DNA of 64,000 nucleotides from Flavobacteriaceae bacterium (GCA_041254175.1 JBESZM010000034.1:20616-84615), one strand, 5' to 3'; shown: positions 28,872 to 39,185, numbered from the stretch's first letter. Notes: generated from the sequence alone by a model not told the origin. Numbers and translations: made by a program.

Positions 28872-30740
28872 ATGTTTGAAGGAGTTTATGATGTAGTTGT
28901 TGTAGGTGGTGGGCATGCCGGTGCAGAAGCTGCCGCAGCCGCAGCCAATATGGGATCAAGAACCCTTTTGGTAACTATGAATTTACAAACCATTGGGCAA
29001 ATGTCTTGCAACCCCGCTATGGGAGGGATTGCCAAAGGACAAATCGTTAGAGAAATTGATGCCCTAGGAGGGTATAGTGGTATTGTTTCGGACGAATCTG
29101 CCATACAATTCAAAATGCTCAATCAATCCAAAGGACCCGCCATGTGGAGTCCAAGGGTTCAATCCGACCGAATGCTCTTTGCCAAAAAGTGGAGAGACCT
29201 TTTGGAGCAAACCCAAAACCTTGATTTCTATCAAGACATGATCAAAGACATCATTGTCAATAATGGAAAGATCGAGGGGGTTGTTACTTCTTTGGGGATC
29301 CCTATTCGATCCAAAAGTGTTGTGTTGACGAATGGCACTTTTCTGAATGGCCTGATACACATAGGAGAAAAGAATTATGGCGGTGGACGAGCGGGCGAAA
29401 AAGCCTCTACGGGTCTAACCCAAAGTTTGGAAAATCTTGGTTTTGAATCCGGCCGAATGAAAACAGGAACACCACCACGAGTGGATGGGCGTTCTTTGAA
29501 TTATGACGTCATGGAAGAACAGGCTGGAGACAAAAACCCAGCAAAATTTAGTTATTCCCCAACCACTCCACTCCAGCAACAACGGAGTTGCTACATTACA
29601 CATACCAGTCCAGAAGTTCACGACCTGCTCCGTAGCGGGTTTGATCGCTCCCCTATGTTTAATGGAAAAATACAGAGTACAGGACCGAGATATTGCCCCT
29701 CTATAGAAGATAAAATCAACCGTTTTGCAGATAAATCCAGACATCAAATTTTTGTAGAACCTGAGGGATGGGACACTGTGGAGGTCTATGTCAATGGCTT
29801 CTCTACCTCCCTTCCTGAAGACATTCAATATCGAGCGCTTCGGTCTGTAAGTGGATTTGAAAATGTTAAATTCTTTCGACCCGGGTATGCAATAGAGTAC
29901 GATTACTTCCCTCCCACTCAGCTACAAAACAGTTTAGAGACCAAGCTGGTCTCGGGATTGTTTCTCGCAGGACAAATCAACGGTACGACTGGCTATGAAG
30001 AGGCTGCCTCTCAGGGGCTGATGGCTGGAATCAATGCCCACCTCAAAATCAACGAAAAGAATCCTTTTGTCCTTAAAAGAAATCAAGCTTATATTGGCGT
30101 CTTGATTGATGATTTGATTACAAAAGGTACGGAGGAGCCCTACAGAATGTTTACCTCCAGGGCAGAATACAGAACCCTACTGCGACAGGACAATGCTGAC
30201 CTCCGACTAACGCCTGTTTCTTTTGATTTGGGATTGGCCAAAAAGGAGCGTTTGGAGGCGGTAGAGAAAAAAGCTTCCAAAACCGCTGAACTGGTTCATT
30301 TTTTCAAAACCCAAAGCTATTTACCGGACGAAGTGAACCCGATACTCCAAAAAAAGGCTTCGGCCACAGTAAAACAATCCGATAAACTCAGCAAAATTTT
30401 ATCCCGACCGCGACTGAGCAGAAAAGACCTTGCGAACATCCCTTCAGTCAAAGCTTTTACAAAGGACCAAGAGATTTCGGATGAGGTATACGAGCAAGCC
30501 GAAATTCAGATCAAATACTCTGGCTACATCGAAAAGGAAATGGCCAATGCAGAAAAGCTCAACCGCTTGGATCATATTAAGATTCCTGACGATTTTGATT
30601 ACGACATACTGGCTTCCCTTTCTCACGAGGCCAAAGAAAAATTGAATTATATTAAACCCACCAACCTATCACAGGCCTCAAGAATTAGCGGGATCAACCC
30701 CAGCGATATCAGTGTGCTTTTGGTTAAACTGGGGCGATAA
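28872..30740 (+). CDS. mnmG: tRNA uridine 5-carboxymethylaminomethyl modification enzyme MnmG (GidA)
   Basis: 622 aa with the FAD motif VVGGGHAGAEAA and GidA family conservation throughout. Confidence 0.97.
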   Translation: MFEGVYDVVVVGGGHAGAEAAAAAANMGSRTLLVTMNLQTIGQMSCNPAMGGIAKGQIVREIDALGGYSGIVSDESAIQFKMLNQSKGPAMWSPRVQSDRMLFAKKWRDLLEQTQNLDFYQDMIKDIIVNNGKIEGVVTSLGIPIRSKSVVLTNGTFLNGLIHIGEKNYGGGRAGEKASTGLTQSLENLGFESGRMKTGTPPRVDGRSLNYDVMEEQAGDKNPAKFSYSPTTPLQQQRSCYITHTSPEVHDLLRSGFDRSPMFNGKIQSTGPRYCPSIEDKINRFADKSRHQIFVEPEGWDTVEVYVNGFSTSLPEDIQYRALRSVSGFENVKFFRPGYAIEYDYFPPTQLQNSLETKLVSGLFLAGQINGTTGYEEAASQGLMAGINAHLKINEKNPFVLKRNQAYIGVLIDDLITKGTEEPYRMFTSRAEYRTLLRQDNADLRLTPVSFDLGLAKKERLEAVEKKASKTAELVHFFKTQSYLPDEVNPILQKKASATVKQSDKLSKILSRPRLSRKDLANIPSVKAFTKDQEISDEVYEQAEIQIKYSGYIEKEMANAEKLNRLDHIKIPDDFDYDILASLSHEAKEKLNYIKPTNLSQASRISGINPSDISVLLVKLGR

Positions 30741-30741
30741 T

Positions 30742-30757
30742 TGTTCCACGTGGAACG
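30742..30757. other. parS-like site (14/16; 12-bp perfect palindrome)
   Basis: TGTTCCACGTGGAACG with core TTCCACGTGGAA, 1 nt after the mnmG stop codon. Confidence 0.6.
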
Positions 30758-30758
30758 T

Positions 30759-31610
30759 ATGAGTAAGGCAAAAAAACACAAGATACTTCAGGCAAAGGAT
30801 CATCTGGTCAGTGGAGAAAACTTTTCCATTTATTGGGACTCAACCCGCCAAAGGGCCTGGACTGGAGTGGAGCACTTGGACTCATTTGATGCCTATTATG
30901 AATCTTCGGACTATATCTCTCATCGCTCAAAAGCGGATTCACTCGTTTCACTATTGTACGTGTGGGCCAGAGGTTTAATGTTGATCTATAAATATGCGCT
31001 TCTCAAAAAACACCTTCAGCCCAATAGCCGCTTGTTGGACATTGGCTGTGGCACAGGTTCTTTTTTGAGCTTTATGAATAAAAAAGGATTTGATGTTTTT
31101 GGTGTTGAAAGCAATATTAAGGCAAGAAAAATTTGCCTTGAAAGAAACATAGGAGTCCAGTCAACGGAATCCGAATTGGCTCCAGCAAGCTTTGACACCA
31201 TTTCCCTTTGGCACGTACTTGAACACCTCCCCCATCCGGAAAGCAGTTTGGCAACTTATCGAGCGCTCCTCAAACCCTCCGGTCTTTTGGTTGTTGCGGT
31301 TCCCAATTTTGAAAGTCACGATCGCATCCATTATCAACAAGACTGGGCAGCCTTGGATGTGCCAAGACATCTATGGCATTTTACCCCCAAAGGGTTAATC
31401 ACTATGGCTGACGAATCCGGGTTTGATTTGCTTCAAAAAAGTGCATTAGGATTGGACGTTTTCTATATCTGTTATTTGTCCGAAAAACACAAAGGGAAAT
31501 CATTCCCTTTCCTCAGGGGGATTCTTAAAGGCGCTTTGTTTTCTATCAAAGCCTTTTTTACCGGCAAGCATTCTTCTTGCGTTTATGTTTTTAGGAAACG
31601 GCTTCTTTAG
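30759..31610 (+). CDS. class I SAM-dependent methyltransferase
   Basis: [11 protein letters not shown] (motif I) and [13 protein letters not shown] 30759 is preferred over TTG 30741, which lies within the parS-like site. Confidence 0.8.
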   Translation: MSKAKKHKILQAKDHLVSGENFSIYWDSTRQRAWTGVEHLDSFDAYYESSDYISHRSKADSLVSLLYVWARGLMLIYKYALLKKHLQPNSRLLDIGCGTGSFLSFMNKKGFDVFGVESNIKARKICLERNIGVQSTESELAPASFDTISLWHVLEHLPHPESSLATYRALLKPSGLLVVAVPNFESHDRIHYQQDWAALDVPRHLWHFTPKGLITMADESGFDLLQKSALGLDVFYICYLSEKHKGKSFPFLRGILKGALFSIKAFFTGKHSSCVYVFRKRLL

Positions 31611-32736
31611 CGTTCAAAAAACGGGTCATCTCCATGGCAAAGTGACTGAAAAGAATTTTAGGATTGGCATTGCGTTCCAAATGATAGGAGGTGTCCTCCA
31701 GCAACCTTACCATTGATAGTAAATTGGCACTGTGTACATATGGAGCAAATTTTCGAATATCGAAATCAGAATGTATTTTAAGATCGTATAGGGTCTCAGA
31801 TTGGTAGGAAATCAGCATAGCTTGGCGGATAAATTCCAAGGCATAAACCAAAAAAGCTTTTTGTTGTTCTCGTTGAAGGTCAGCAATCTGATCTGCCCAG
31901 TGAATCAAATCAATAACAATGGCTTTATTTGCCCGTGCTCTAAATGCTGCTCTAAGACATTGAATCCAAAGTTTTTCAAAGTCAAGCGTGTGATCTGGTG
32001 TGTTGAGCTCGTCCAAAACTTTCCGCCAACTTCCTCTTCCCAGGGATACTGTCTGAGGTGTGGCCGTTGTAGCATTCAGTTTTTGAATTCCATTTTTGAT
32101 ATCTTCCGAAGTTAAGGGAATCAATTTTACTTCTTGACAACGAGAAACCAAGGTGGGCAACATTCCTTCTGTTTGATCACAAACCAGTAGAAAAAAACTG
32201 TTTTTTGGAGGCTCCTCCAAAAGCTTTAGTAATTTATTGGAAGCATTTTCGGACAATTTATCAGCACCGAAAAGCACCATAACTTTGTTGCCACCATTGT
32301 GGGCTTTGAGGTACATTTTGTGATGCATCTTGGCGACTTCCTCCACTCCAATCATGCCCTGTTTGTTTCCCGCTTCCAATTGACGAATCCAGTCTTGTGT
32401 GGATCCATAAGGATGGCGAACTACAAAATCATCCCATGTGGATTTGTAATCGTCCGAAACAGCTTTTGAGTTACCCGCCCCCTTGTTGACTACCGGATAT
32501 ACAAAATGTAAATCGGGATGTTCCAATAACTTTTGCGAAGGAATTCCGTTATTTTCTGCCTCTTCAAGCGCGCTGAAGCCATGCAATAAACCCAAAGCAC
32601 TGTAAAGAGCCAAAGGGAGACCCCCAAAGCCTTTTGAGTCTATAAACAGTTGACAATGAGGCATTTGAGCCTCAGAAACCATCTTTTTTAATTGACGTTT
32701 CAGCGGTTCTTGTCCAACAATTTCACTTGAGTACAT
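31591..32736 (-). CDS. holB: DNA polymerase III subunit delta-prime-like AAA+ protein
   Basis: About 381 aa with [11 protein letters not shown], a degenerate P-loop region and LLKLLEEPP plus SRCQ motifs typical of clamp-loader delta-prime. Confidence 0.7.
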   Translation of the reverse strand: MYSSEIVGQEPLKRQLKKMVSEAQMPHCQLFIDSKGFGGLPLALYSALGLLHGFSALEEAENNGIPSQKLLEHPDLHFVYPVVNKGAGNSKAVSDDYKSTWDDFVVRHPYGSTQDWIRQLEAGNKQGMIGVEEVAKMHHKMYLKAHNGGNKVMVLFGADKLSENASNKLLKLLEEPPKNSFFLLVCDQTEGMLPTLVSRCQEVKLIPLTSEDIKNGIQKLNATTATPQTVSLGRGSWRKVLDELNTPDHTLDFEKLWIQCLRAAFRARANKAIVIDLIHWADQIADLQREQQKAFLVYALEFIRQAMLISYQSETLYDLKIHSDFDIRKFAPYVHSANLLSMVRLLEDTSYHLERNANPKILFSHFAMEMTRFLNAKEAVS

Positions 32737-32851
32737 ATTTTTTTTAATCCTAAAGAAGATAAAAATAATCAATCCATTTGGATTTCACTTTCTTCCCAAA
32801 AATTATGTTTTCAATCCGGCTAAAACCTTTTGCCCAACGGTTTAAAAAAAG

Positions 32852-32859
32852 TATTTTTG
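32852..32859 (+). promoter_or_regulatory. -7 box (TATTTTTG) for pgk
   Basis: Exact TAnnTTTG, 14 nt upstream of ATG 32874 and inside the ORF-track 5' extension. Confidence 0.5.
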
Positions 32860-32873
32860 ACAAAAATTTTAGC

Positions 32874-34061
32874 ATGCGAACCTTAGCCAATCAAGACTTC
32901 TCCAACCGAAGAGCCGTCGTCAGAGTAGATTTTAATGTGCCCATCGACGATGAATTTCAGGTAACTGATTCTACCAGAATCACGGCCGCCAAAGAAACCA
33001 TAGACTATATTCTCAACCAAGGAGGCAGTTGTGTCTTGATTTCTCACTTGGGCCGACCCAAGGGCAAAGACCCAAAACTTTCATTATCACACATCGTAAG
33101 CAAAGTAGAGGAGATTCTTCAAGTTCCTGTCACTTTCTTTGTCGATTGCATTGGTAGTGAGGCAGAACAAGCTACGGCCTCACTTGCACCCGGAAGCGTT
33201 ATTCTGATGGAAAACCTGCGTTTCTATAAAGAAGAAACTGCGGGAGATTTGGATTTTGCCGAAGGTCTGTCAAAATTGGGGGATTGCTATGTCAACGATG
33301 CTTTTGGAACGGCGCACAGAGCACATGCCTCAACCACCATCATGGCCCAATTTTTTAAGGAAGATAAATTCTTTGGCAGGTTGCTCGAAAAAGAAGTCAA
33401 CGCCATAGACAAAATCATGAAAACAGGAGAGAAACCTGTTCTTGCAATTCTGGGTGGTGCCAAGGTATCCTCCAAAATAACCATTATTGAGAACATGTTG
33501 GACAAAATTGATCACTTGATCATCGGCGGCGGGATGGTGTATACTTTTGCCAAAGCACAAGGAGGCAGTGTAGGTCGGTCGATTTGCGAGGATGACTATT
33601 GCCACTATGCGCTGGAGTTGCTCGAAAAAGCTAAATCCAAAGGGGTGGAAGTGCATCTTCCAACAGATGTAATCATTGCAGAAGATTTTTCAAACGATGC
33701 CAACCAAAAGGTTTGTAAAGTGGGTGAAATCCCTGACGAATGGGAAGGGTTGGATGCAGGTCCTGAAACCCTAAAAAACTTTGAGCAGATTGTGATGCAG
33801 TCCAAAACCATTCTTTGGAACGGGCCCCTTGGTGTCTTTGAGTTTGAAAACTTTTCAAATGGAACCATCAAACTGGGAGAGCACATAGCTAATAGCACTG
33901 CGGCAGGTGCTTTTTCTTTGGTAGGGGGCGGAGACTCTGTGGCAGCCGTTAAGCAGTTTGGTTTTGAGGATAAAATGAGTTATATTTCTACTGGTGGCGG
34001 AGCCATGTTAGAAAGTCTTGAAGGAAAGACATTGCCCGGGATTGCTGCCCTATTGGAATAA
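32874..34061 (+). CDS. pgk: phosphoglycerate kinase
   Basis: 395 aa from ATG 32874 with RVDFNVP, SHLGRPKG and GGGDS motifs. Confidence 0.95.
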   Translation: MRTLANQDFSNRRAVVRVDFNVPIDDEFQVTDSTRITAAKETIDYILNQGGSCVLISHLGRPKGKDPKLSLSHIVSKVEEILQVPVTFFVDCIGSEAEQATASLAPGSVILMENLRFYKEETAGDLDFAEGLSKLGDCYVNDAFGTAHRAHASTTIMAQFFKEDKFFGRLLEKEVNAIDKIMKTGEKPVLAILGGAKVSSKITIIENMLDKIDHLIIGGGMVYTFAKAQGGSVGRSICEDDYCHYALELLEKAKSKGVEVHLPTDVIIAEDFSNDANQKVCKVGEIPDEWEGLDAGPETLKNFEQIVMQSKTILWNGPLGVFEFENFSNGTIKLGEHIANSTAAGAFSLVGGGDSVAAVKQFGFEDKMSYISTGGGAMLESLEGKTLPGIAALLE

Positions 34062-34072
34062 GCCTCAATATC

Positions 34073-35038
34073 ATGAAAAAAGCAGTACTTTTTGTAATCA
34101 TCATTATAATTACATCTTGTAAGGAACAAAAATCCAAACTGAGGTACTTACCCGATTCCAACGCCAGTATCAATCATTTGACCGTAGTGATGCCCGAAAA
34201 AAGTTGGGCAGGAGCCTTGGGAAACAAAACCCGCGCACTGTTGGAAACCCCCTACGAGGGCTTGCCTTTTAATGAGCCACAGTTTACACTAAAGTATTTA
34301 CCTCCTAAGGTTTTTACGGGCTTTGCCAGGAACAGTCGAAGCATCTTATGGTTTGTAAGAGACACTCTTGCACGATTCCAACTTTCGGAGGATTTGATGG
34401 CCCAACCCCAGACGGTGGCAAAGGTAACAGGAGAGGACGATGATGTTCAAGCCTATTTTTTAGAGGAAAACATCGACCTCTTTAAAGCGGTTTTAACGGA
34501 AAAAGAACGCAAAGAAAAAAACAGAAGGATCAAAAAATCTCCCACCAAAGATCGAGACTTACAGCAGCGATTCAGTATATCATTGGTTTACCCCACAGCC
34601 TACAAGACGGTAAAGGACACGACCAATTTCATTTGGATCCAAAAAGAAATCCCAAAGGGACATATGAATTTGGTCGCCTACAGTCTTCCTCTTTCTGGCT
34701 TAAGGGGGAATGTTAAAAAACGCATCCCTGAAATCAGGGACTCTATAGGAAAAACCCATATCCCCGGCAGACTTAAAGGCTCCTATATGATCACCGAAAA
34801 AGCCTATCGTCCCTATTATTACAAGACCCAAAAGGAGGGAAGGTTAACTTATTTGACCAAAGGCACTTGGGAAGTCGCCAATGATTTTATGGCAGGACCC
34901 TTTGTCAATTATATGATAAAAGACACCTTAAGAAAGAGATGGATGGTGATTGAGGGCTTTGTTTTTGCGCCAGCTTCCAACAAAAGGGATCAGATGTTTG
35001 AACTCAATACCATATTAGACGCTGTAGCTTTTGAGTAG
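34073..35038 (+). CDS. DUF4837-like lipoprotein
   Basis: 321 aa with a lipobox (IIITSC). The family name is from memory and the function is unknown. Confidence 0.55.
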   Translation: MKKAVLFVIIIIITSCKEQKSKLRYLPDSNASINHLTVVMPEKSWAGALGNKTRALLETPYEGLPFNEPQFTLKYLPPKVFTGFARNSRSILWFVRDTLARFQLSEDLMAQPQTVAKVTGEDDDVQAYFLEENIDLFKAVLTEKERKEKNRRIKKSPTKDRDLQQRFSISLVYPTAYKTVKDTTNFIWIQKEIPKGHMNLVAYSLPLSGLRGNVKKRIPEIRDSIGKTHIPGRLKGSYMITEKAYRPYYYKTQKEGRLTYLTKGTWEVANDFMAGPFVNYMIKDTLRKRWMVIEGFVFAPASNKRDQMFELNTILDAVAFE

Positions 35039-35039
35039 A

Positions 35040-35234
35040 CTACTTTTTGTCTATTTTGGCATCAGATTTATCCTCGTCCTCTTTGGTTGCGTTTTTAAAT
35101 TCTTTAATACCGCTTCCCAATCCCCTCATCAATTCAGGAATTTTTCTCCCGCCAAATAACAAAAGTACAACAACAACGATGAGAATGATTTGTGGTGCAC
35201 CGATCATGCCTAAAGAGTAGATCATTGAATACAT
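35040..35234 (-). CDS. tatA: twin-arginine translocase subunit TatA/E
   Basis: 64 aa with a TM followed by an amphipathic helix ([23 protein letters not shown]). Confidence 0.85.
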   Translation of the reverse strand: MYSMIYSLGMIGAPQIILIVVVVLLLFGGRKIPELMRGLGSGIKEFKNATKEDEDKSDAKIDKK

Positions 35235-35250
35235 GGTTTCTAATTTTAAT

Positions 35251-35258
35251 CAAATGTA
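35251..35258 (-). promoter_or_regulatory. -7 box (TACATTTG on minus strand) for tatA
   Basis: Exact TAnnTTTG, 16 nt upstream of ATG 35234. Confidence 0.5.
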
Positions 35259-35324
35259 AATAATTATTCGATGTAATCTAAATTTCTTTACTTGGGCTAC
35301 AATTTATTTTTAAGGGGTAAACAC

Positions 35325-35332
35325 TATCTTTG
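35325..35332 (+). promoter_or_regulatory. -7 box (TATCTTTG) for the M23 peptidase operon
   Basis: Exact TAnnTTTG, 6 nt upstream of ATG 35339, implying a very short or absent leader. Confidence 0.5.
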
Positions 35333-35338
35333 TCCTCA

Positions 35339-36214
35339 ATGGCAGAAGATAAAAAAAAGAAACGTCTTTGGATTCAAAACTTGTTGAACCGCTATCGTAT
35401 GGTGGTTATCAACGAAACCACCTTTGAGGAAAGGTTTTTCGTTAGAATTTCGCAGTTCAACATCATTGTATTGATCATACTTTTTGTCACTTTCATTACC
35501 ATTGGGTCTTTTTTTTTGGTCGCCTACACTCCCTTAAAGGAGTTTATTCCAGGCTACACCAGTCTTTCGATCAGAAAAGAGGCCATCAGAAATACCTTTT
35601 TGCTGGACTCTCTCAGTGTCGAATTTCAAAAACAAGATCGATTTATTCAATCCATGAAAAGTGCTTTAACCGGAGAAATCGATTGGGAAGAAAACTCCTT
35701 GCTCATTGCTAAAGACCAGTTGCCTGAGCTCCTCAATTCTGACAATGCCATGACTGAGGCAGATTCTTTGTTGCGCTTGGAAGTCATACAAGAAGATAAA
35801 TACAATGTAATTCCCAATGACTTGAGCAATGTGAAGTACCTACTTTATTCCCCAGCAGCTGGCCCGATTTCTCAGAAGTATGACGTCAACAAAAGGCATT
35901 TTGCCGTTGATATTGCATTGGAAGAGCATGCGCCAGTTATGGCAGTAGCCCATGGAACCGTTATTTTTGCGGAATGGACTGCCGAAACGGGTCACGTGAT
36001 CATCATAAAACACGATTATGGCCTATTGTCGGTATACAAACACAATTCCTATTTGGAAAAATCACAGGGAGATTTGGTCAAAGCAGGAGAAGTAATTGCC
36101 AAGGCAGGTAATACCGGAAAATTATCCACGGGCTGGCACCTTCATTTTGAACTTTGGATGAATGGATATTCAGTAGACCCTACCGATTTTATTGAATTTT
36201 CCCAGGCTTTATGA
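35339..36214 (+). CDS. M23 family (LytM-type) metallopeptidase, membrane anchored
   Basis: One TM, then a LytM domain retaining HFAVD (HxxxD) and HLHFE (HxH). Confidence 0.85.
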   Translation: MAEDKKKKRLWIQNLLNRYRMVVINETTFEERFFVRISQFNIIVLIILFVTFITIGSFFLVAYTPLKEFIPGYTSLSIRKEAIRNTFLLDSLSVEFQKQDRFIQSMKSALTGEIDWEENSLLIAKDQLPELLNSDNAMTEADSLLRLEVIQEDKYNVIPNDLSNVKYLLYSPAAGPISQKYDVNKRHFAVDIALEEHAPVMAVAHGTVIFAEWTAETGHVIIIKHDYGLLSVYKHNSYLEKSQGDLVKAGEVIAKAGNTGKLSTGWHLHFELWMNGYSVDPTDFIEFSQAL

Positions 36215-37695
36215 TCAAAAAAATTGGAGCGAAAATTCTCGCCAACTTCATTCATCAGAAAAACCAAAAGTGGATCAAAAATCCCCTTTCTGCCCAACAA
36301 AAGACATTTGATTATCTGATACAAAAAGCCAAATCAACCGATTTTGGACGTGACCACGGGTTTGATAAAATCAAGGATTATAAAGACTTTCAAGCTTCAG
36401 TTCCAATACGTGATTATGAGGGGCACAGGGTCTATGTGGACAAAATGTTGGAAGGAGCAACTTCTGTGTTGTGGCCTGGCAAACCACTTTATTATGCCAA
36501 AACAAGTGGTACTACTTCCGGTGCAAAATACATTCCCCTCACCAAAGAGTCTATGCCCACCCACATTACTGCTGCTCGGGACGCGCTGCTGAATTATATC
36601 CACGAAACAGGAAATACCGACTTTGTCAATGGCAAACAAATTTTTCTTCAGGGGAGTCCCACGCTCAACCAAAAAAACGGGAATATCATCGGCAGATTAT
36701 CGGGGATCGTTGCCCACTATGTTCCCAAGTATTTGCAGAAAAACAGGATGCCTTCCTGGGAAACGAATTGCATAGAGGATTGGGAAACCAAGGTTGATGC
36801 CATTGTAAGGGAAACGTTGCCTGAAAATATGAGTTTGATTGCAGGGATTCCCTCTTGGGTACAAATGTATTTTGAGAAACTGATAGAACAGACGGATAGG
36901 CCCGTGGGGAAAACATTCCCCGACCTTTCACTGTTCGTCTATGGTGGGGTCAATTATGAGCCTTACCGCCCCATGTTCGAAAAACTCATCGGGAGGAAAG
37001 TAGACAGTGTTGAGCTCTTTCCCGCTTCCGAAGGGTTTTTTGCCTACCAAGACCAACAGGCTGATAAAGGGTTGCTGTTGTTGTTGAACAATGAAATTTT
37101 TTACGAATTTGTCAAAGCCGATGAGTTTGGGGAACAAAACCCCAAAAGGTATACTTTGGGCGAGGTCGAACTCGGGGTCAACTATGTTTTAATCCTTTCC
37201 ACTTCGGCAGGTTTATGGGCCTATAACATAGGCGACACGGTTCGTTTTGTCTCATTGAAGCCCTACCGTTTGGTAGTGACAGGTAGAATCAAACACTTTA
37301 TTTCTGCCTTTGGAGAACATGTCATTGGAAAAGAGGTTGAGACGGCGATGCAACAGGCTTGTCAAGACAGTCAGGTTCAAGTCAAAGAATTTACGGTTGC
37401 TCCACAAATTGATCCGGAGGAGGGGCTTCCTTATCACCAATGGTTTATCGAATTTGAAAATCCGCCCCAAAACGCAAAGGATTTCGCCCAAAAACTCGAT
37501 CAATCCATGCAAGAACAAAATGTATACTATGAAGACCTCCTGAAGGGAAGTGTTTTGAGAACATTGGTCATCAGTGTTGTTGCTGATGGAGGTTTCCAAC
37601 AATACATGAAAAGCATAGGAAAATTGGGAGGTCAAAACAAAGTTCCACGTTTGTCCAATGACAGAAAAATTGTCGATAAACTCCCTTTAAAATAA
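36211..37695 (+). CDS. GH3 family (acyl-adenylate-forming, auxin-responsive GH3-like) protein
   Basis: 494 aa with the bacterial GH3 pattern (KTSGTTSGAKYIPLT). ATGA overlap with the M23 gene. Confidence 0.75.
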   Translation: MIKKIGAKILANFIHQKNQKWIKNPLSAQQKTFDYLIQKAKSTDFGRDHGFDKIKDYKDFQASVPIRDYEGHRVYVDKMLEGATSVLWPGKPLYYAKTSGTTSGAKYIPLTKESMPTHITAARDALLNYIHETGNTDFVNGKQIFLQGSPTLNQKNGNIIGRLSGIVAHYVPKYLQKNRMPSWETNCIEDWETKVDAIVRETLPENMSLIAGIPSWVQMYFEKLIEQTDRPVGKTFPDLSLFVYGGVNYEPYRPMFEKLIGRKVDSVELFPASEGFFAYQDQQADKGLLLLLNNEIFYEFVKADEFGEQNPKRYTLGEVELGVNYVLILSTSAGLWAYNIGDTVRFVSLKPYRLVVTGRIKHFISAFGEHVIGKEVETAMQQACQDSQVQVKEFTVAPQIDPEEGLPYHQWFIEFENPPQNAKDFAQKLDQSMQEQNVYYEDLLKGSVLRTLVISVVADGGFQQYMKSIGKLGGQNKVPRLSNDRKIVDKLPLK

Positions 37696-37698
37696 CTT

Positions 37699-38226
37699 AT
37701 GTACGCCAATAACGCCCATCAAAAGCGATTTCAAAAAACCCTTGTTTTTTTGAATCAAAATATTGATAAGGGATCGCACATCCTGGATTTGGGGGTTCAA
37801 AACCCAATGTCCGAATTAATGCAGGTTCAGGGCTACAAAGTGGAAAACACACTAGGGGAGGATTTGGACGAAGACCAAACCGTATTGATCAATTCCAAAG
37901 CAGAAGTGGTTACTGCGTTCGAAGTATTGGAGCACCTGCTTTCCCCCTATCAAGTTTTAAAAAGTATAAAGGCCAAAAAACTAGTGGTCAGCGTTCCGTT
38001 AAACCTATGGTTTTCAGGTGCTTATAGAAGTAAAACGGATATGAGAGACCGCCATTTTCACGAGTTTGAAGATTGGCAGTTCAATTGGCTTTTGGAGAAA
38101 ACAGGCTGGAAAATTATGGCAAGCCAGAAATGGATCAATCCACCTGAATCATTTGGTGTTCGATCCTTGTTGAGGTATTTTACACCCAGGCACTATATTG
38201 TTTATGCCGAAAAAATCAACGCATAA
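37699..38226 (+). CDS. small class I SAM-dependent methyltransferase
   Basis: 175 aa with ILDLG and FEVLEHL motifs. Starts 3 nt after GH3. Confidence 0.65.
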   Translation: MYANNAHQKRFQKTLVFLNQNIDKGSHILDLGVQNPMSELMQVQGYKVENTLGEDLDEDQTVLINSKAEVVTAFEVLEHLLSPYQVLKSIKAKKLVVSVPLNLWFSGAYRSKTDMRDRHFHEFEDWQFNWLLEKTGWKIMASQKWINPPESFGVRSLLRYFTPRHYIVYAEKINA

Positions 38227-38229
38227 ACC

Positions 38230-39081
38230 TTGAAAATTTACATTGTCATACCGGCCCACAACGAGGAGGAGCACATTGCAAAAACCCTCGATTCGCTAGT
38301 CAATCAGCAGATGAAACCCGCTCAAGTGGTGGTGGTCAATGACAATTCTACTGATCGAACAGCAGAAATCGTCAATGATTTTACCCAACAACACTCTTGG
38401 ATACAGCAGGTCTACAAAAAATCATCGGAGGAACACCTCCCCGGGGCAAAAATTGTAGAAGCTTTTTACAAAGGCTATGGGGTATTGGATGAGGATTATG
38501 ACATCATCTGTAAATACGATGCAGACATGGTTTTTGAGTCAAATTACCTATTGAAGCTATCGCAGCATTTTAAAGAAAACAACCGATTGGGTATGGCAGC
38601 GGGGCAGTGCTATATTCAAAAGGATGATCAATGGGTTTTGGAAAACCTCAACAAAGACGACCACATTAGGGGATCGCTCAAAGCCTATCGAAAAGAATGT
38701 TTTTTGGAAACAGGTAAAATAGCAAAGTCCATTGGTTGGGATACGCTCGACGAGTTGATGGCTCAATATCATGGATGGGAGTTAAAAGTAGATCCCTCCC
38801 TTAAGGTAAAACACCTTAAACCTACAGGTTTTAACTACAGTCCCGGTGCTGCTCGGTTACAAGGGGTAGCTACCTATCGCATGAGGTTGGGTCTGATTTT
38901 GACCCTGATTATTGGGTTAAAACGGGCATGGGTCAAGCGGGAGGCAAGAATTTTTTTCAGCTATATCAAAGGGTTTTTGGAAGCCAAAAGAAAGGGCATT
39001 CCGTTTATTGTCGACCCAAAACAGGGGAAGTTTCTGAGAAACTTCAGATGGAAAGGGATTTTTCAAAGGTTTAAAACATAA
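38230..39081 (+). CDS. family 2 glycosyltransferase
   Basis: 283 aa with the GT-A signature IVIPAHNEEEHI, NDNSTDRT and a DAD motif, plus a C-terminal TM. TTG start. Confidence 0.8.
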   Translation: MKIYIVIPAHNEEEHIAKTLDSLVNQQMKPAQVVVVNDNSTDRTAEIVNDFTQQHSWIQQVYKKSSEEHLPGAKIVEAFYKGYGVLDEDYDIICKYDADMVFESNYLLKLSQHFKENNRLGMAAGQCYIQKDDQWVLENLNKDDHIRGSLKAYRKECFLETGKIAKSIGWDTLDELMAQYHGWELKVDPSLKVKHLKPTGFNYSPGAARLQGVATYRMRLGLILTLIIGLKRAWVKREARIFFSYIKGFLEAKRKGIPFIVDPKQGKFLRNFRWKGIFQRFKT

Positions 39082-39096
39082 TAAGACACACTTAAG

Positions 39097-39104
39097 TATA
39101 TTTG
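39097..39104 (+). promoter_or_regulatory. -7 box (TATATTTG) upstream of purD leader
   Basis: Exact TAnnTTTG, 81 nt upstream of the purD GTG and 6 nt upstream of a 14-codon uORF. Confidence 0.4.
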
Positions 39105-39185
39105 TTCCCGATGAAACCCTCTAAGATAAATTCCTCAACAAAAGGAAATGAATAAATATCAGCGAATTAACATAGACCTAAACGT

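Noticed and set aside
32778-32873. ORF-track N-terminal extensions of pgk (32778), glnS (24253), gltX (28396), holB (32772), atpH (52040), atpB (50242) and the methyltransferase (30741).
   Set aside because: The extensions are non-conserved-looking peptides. Some overlap the upstream gene (atpH) or contain the gene's own TAnnTTTG -7 box. Internal ATG starts give canonical N-termini.
39082-39185. Possible ZTP/purine-type riboswitch in the purD leader.
   Set aside because: I could not find the conserved pfl/ZTP or purine riboswitch sequence blocks by eye. Only a speculative uORF is reported.
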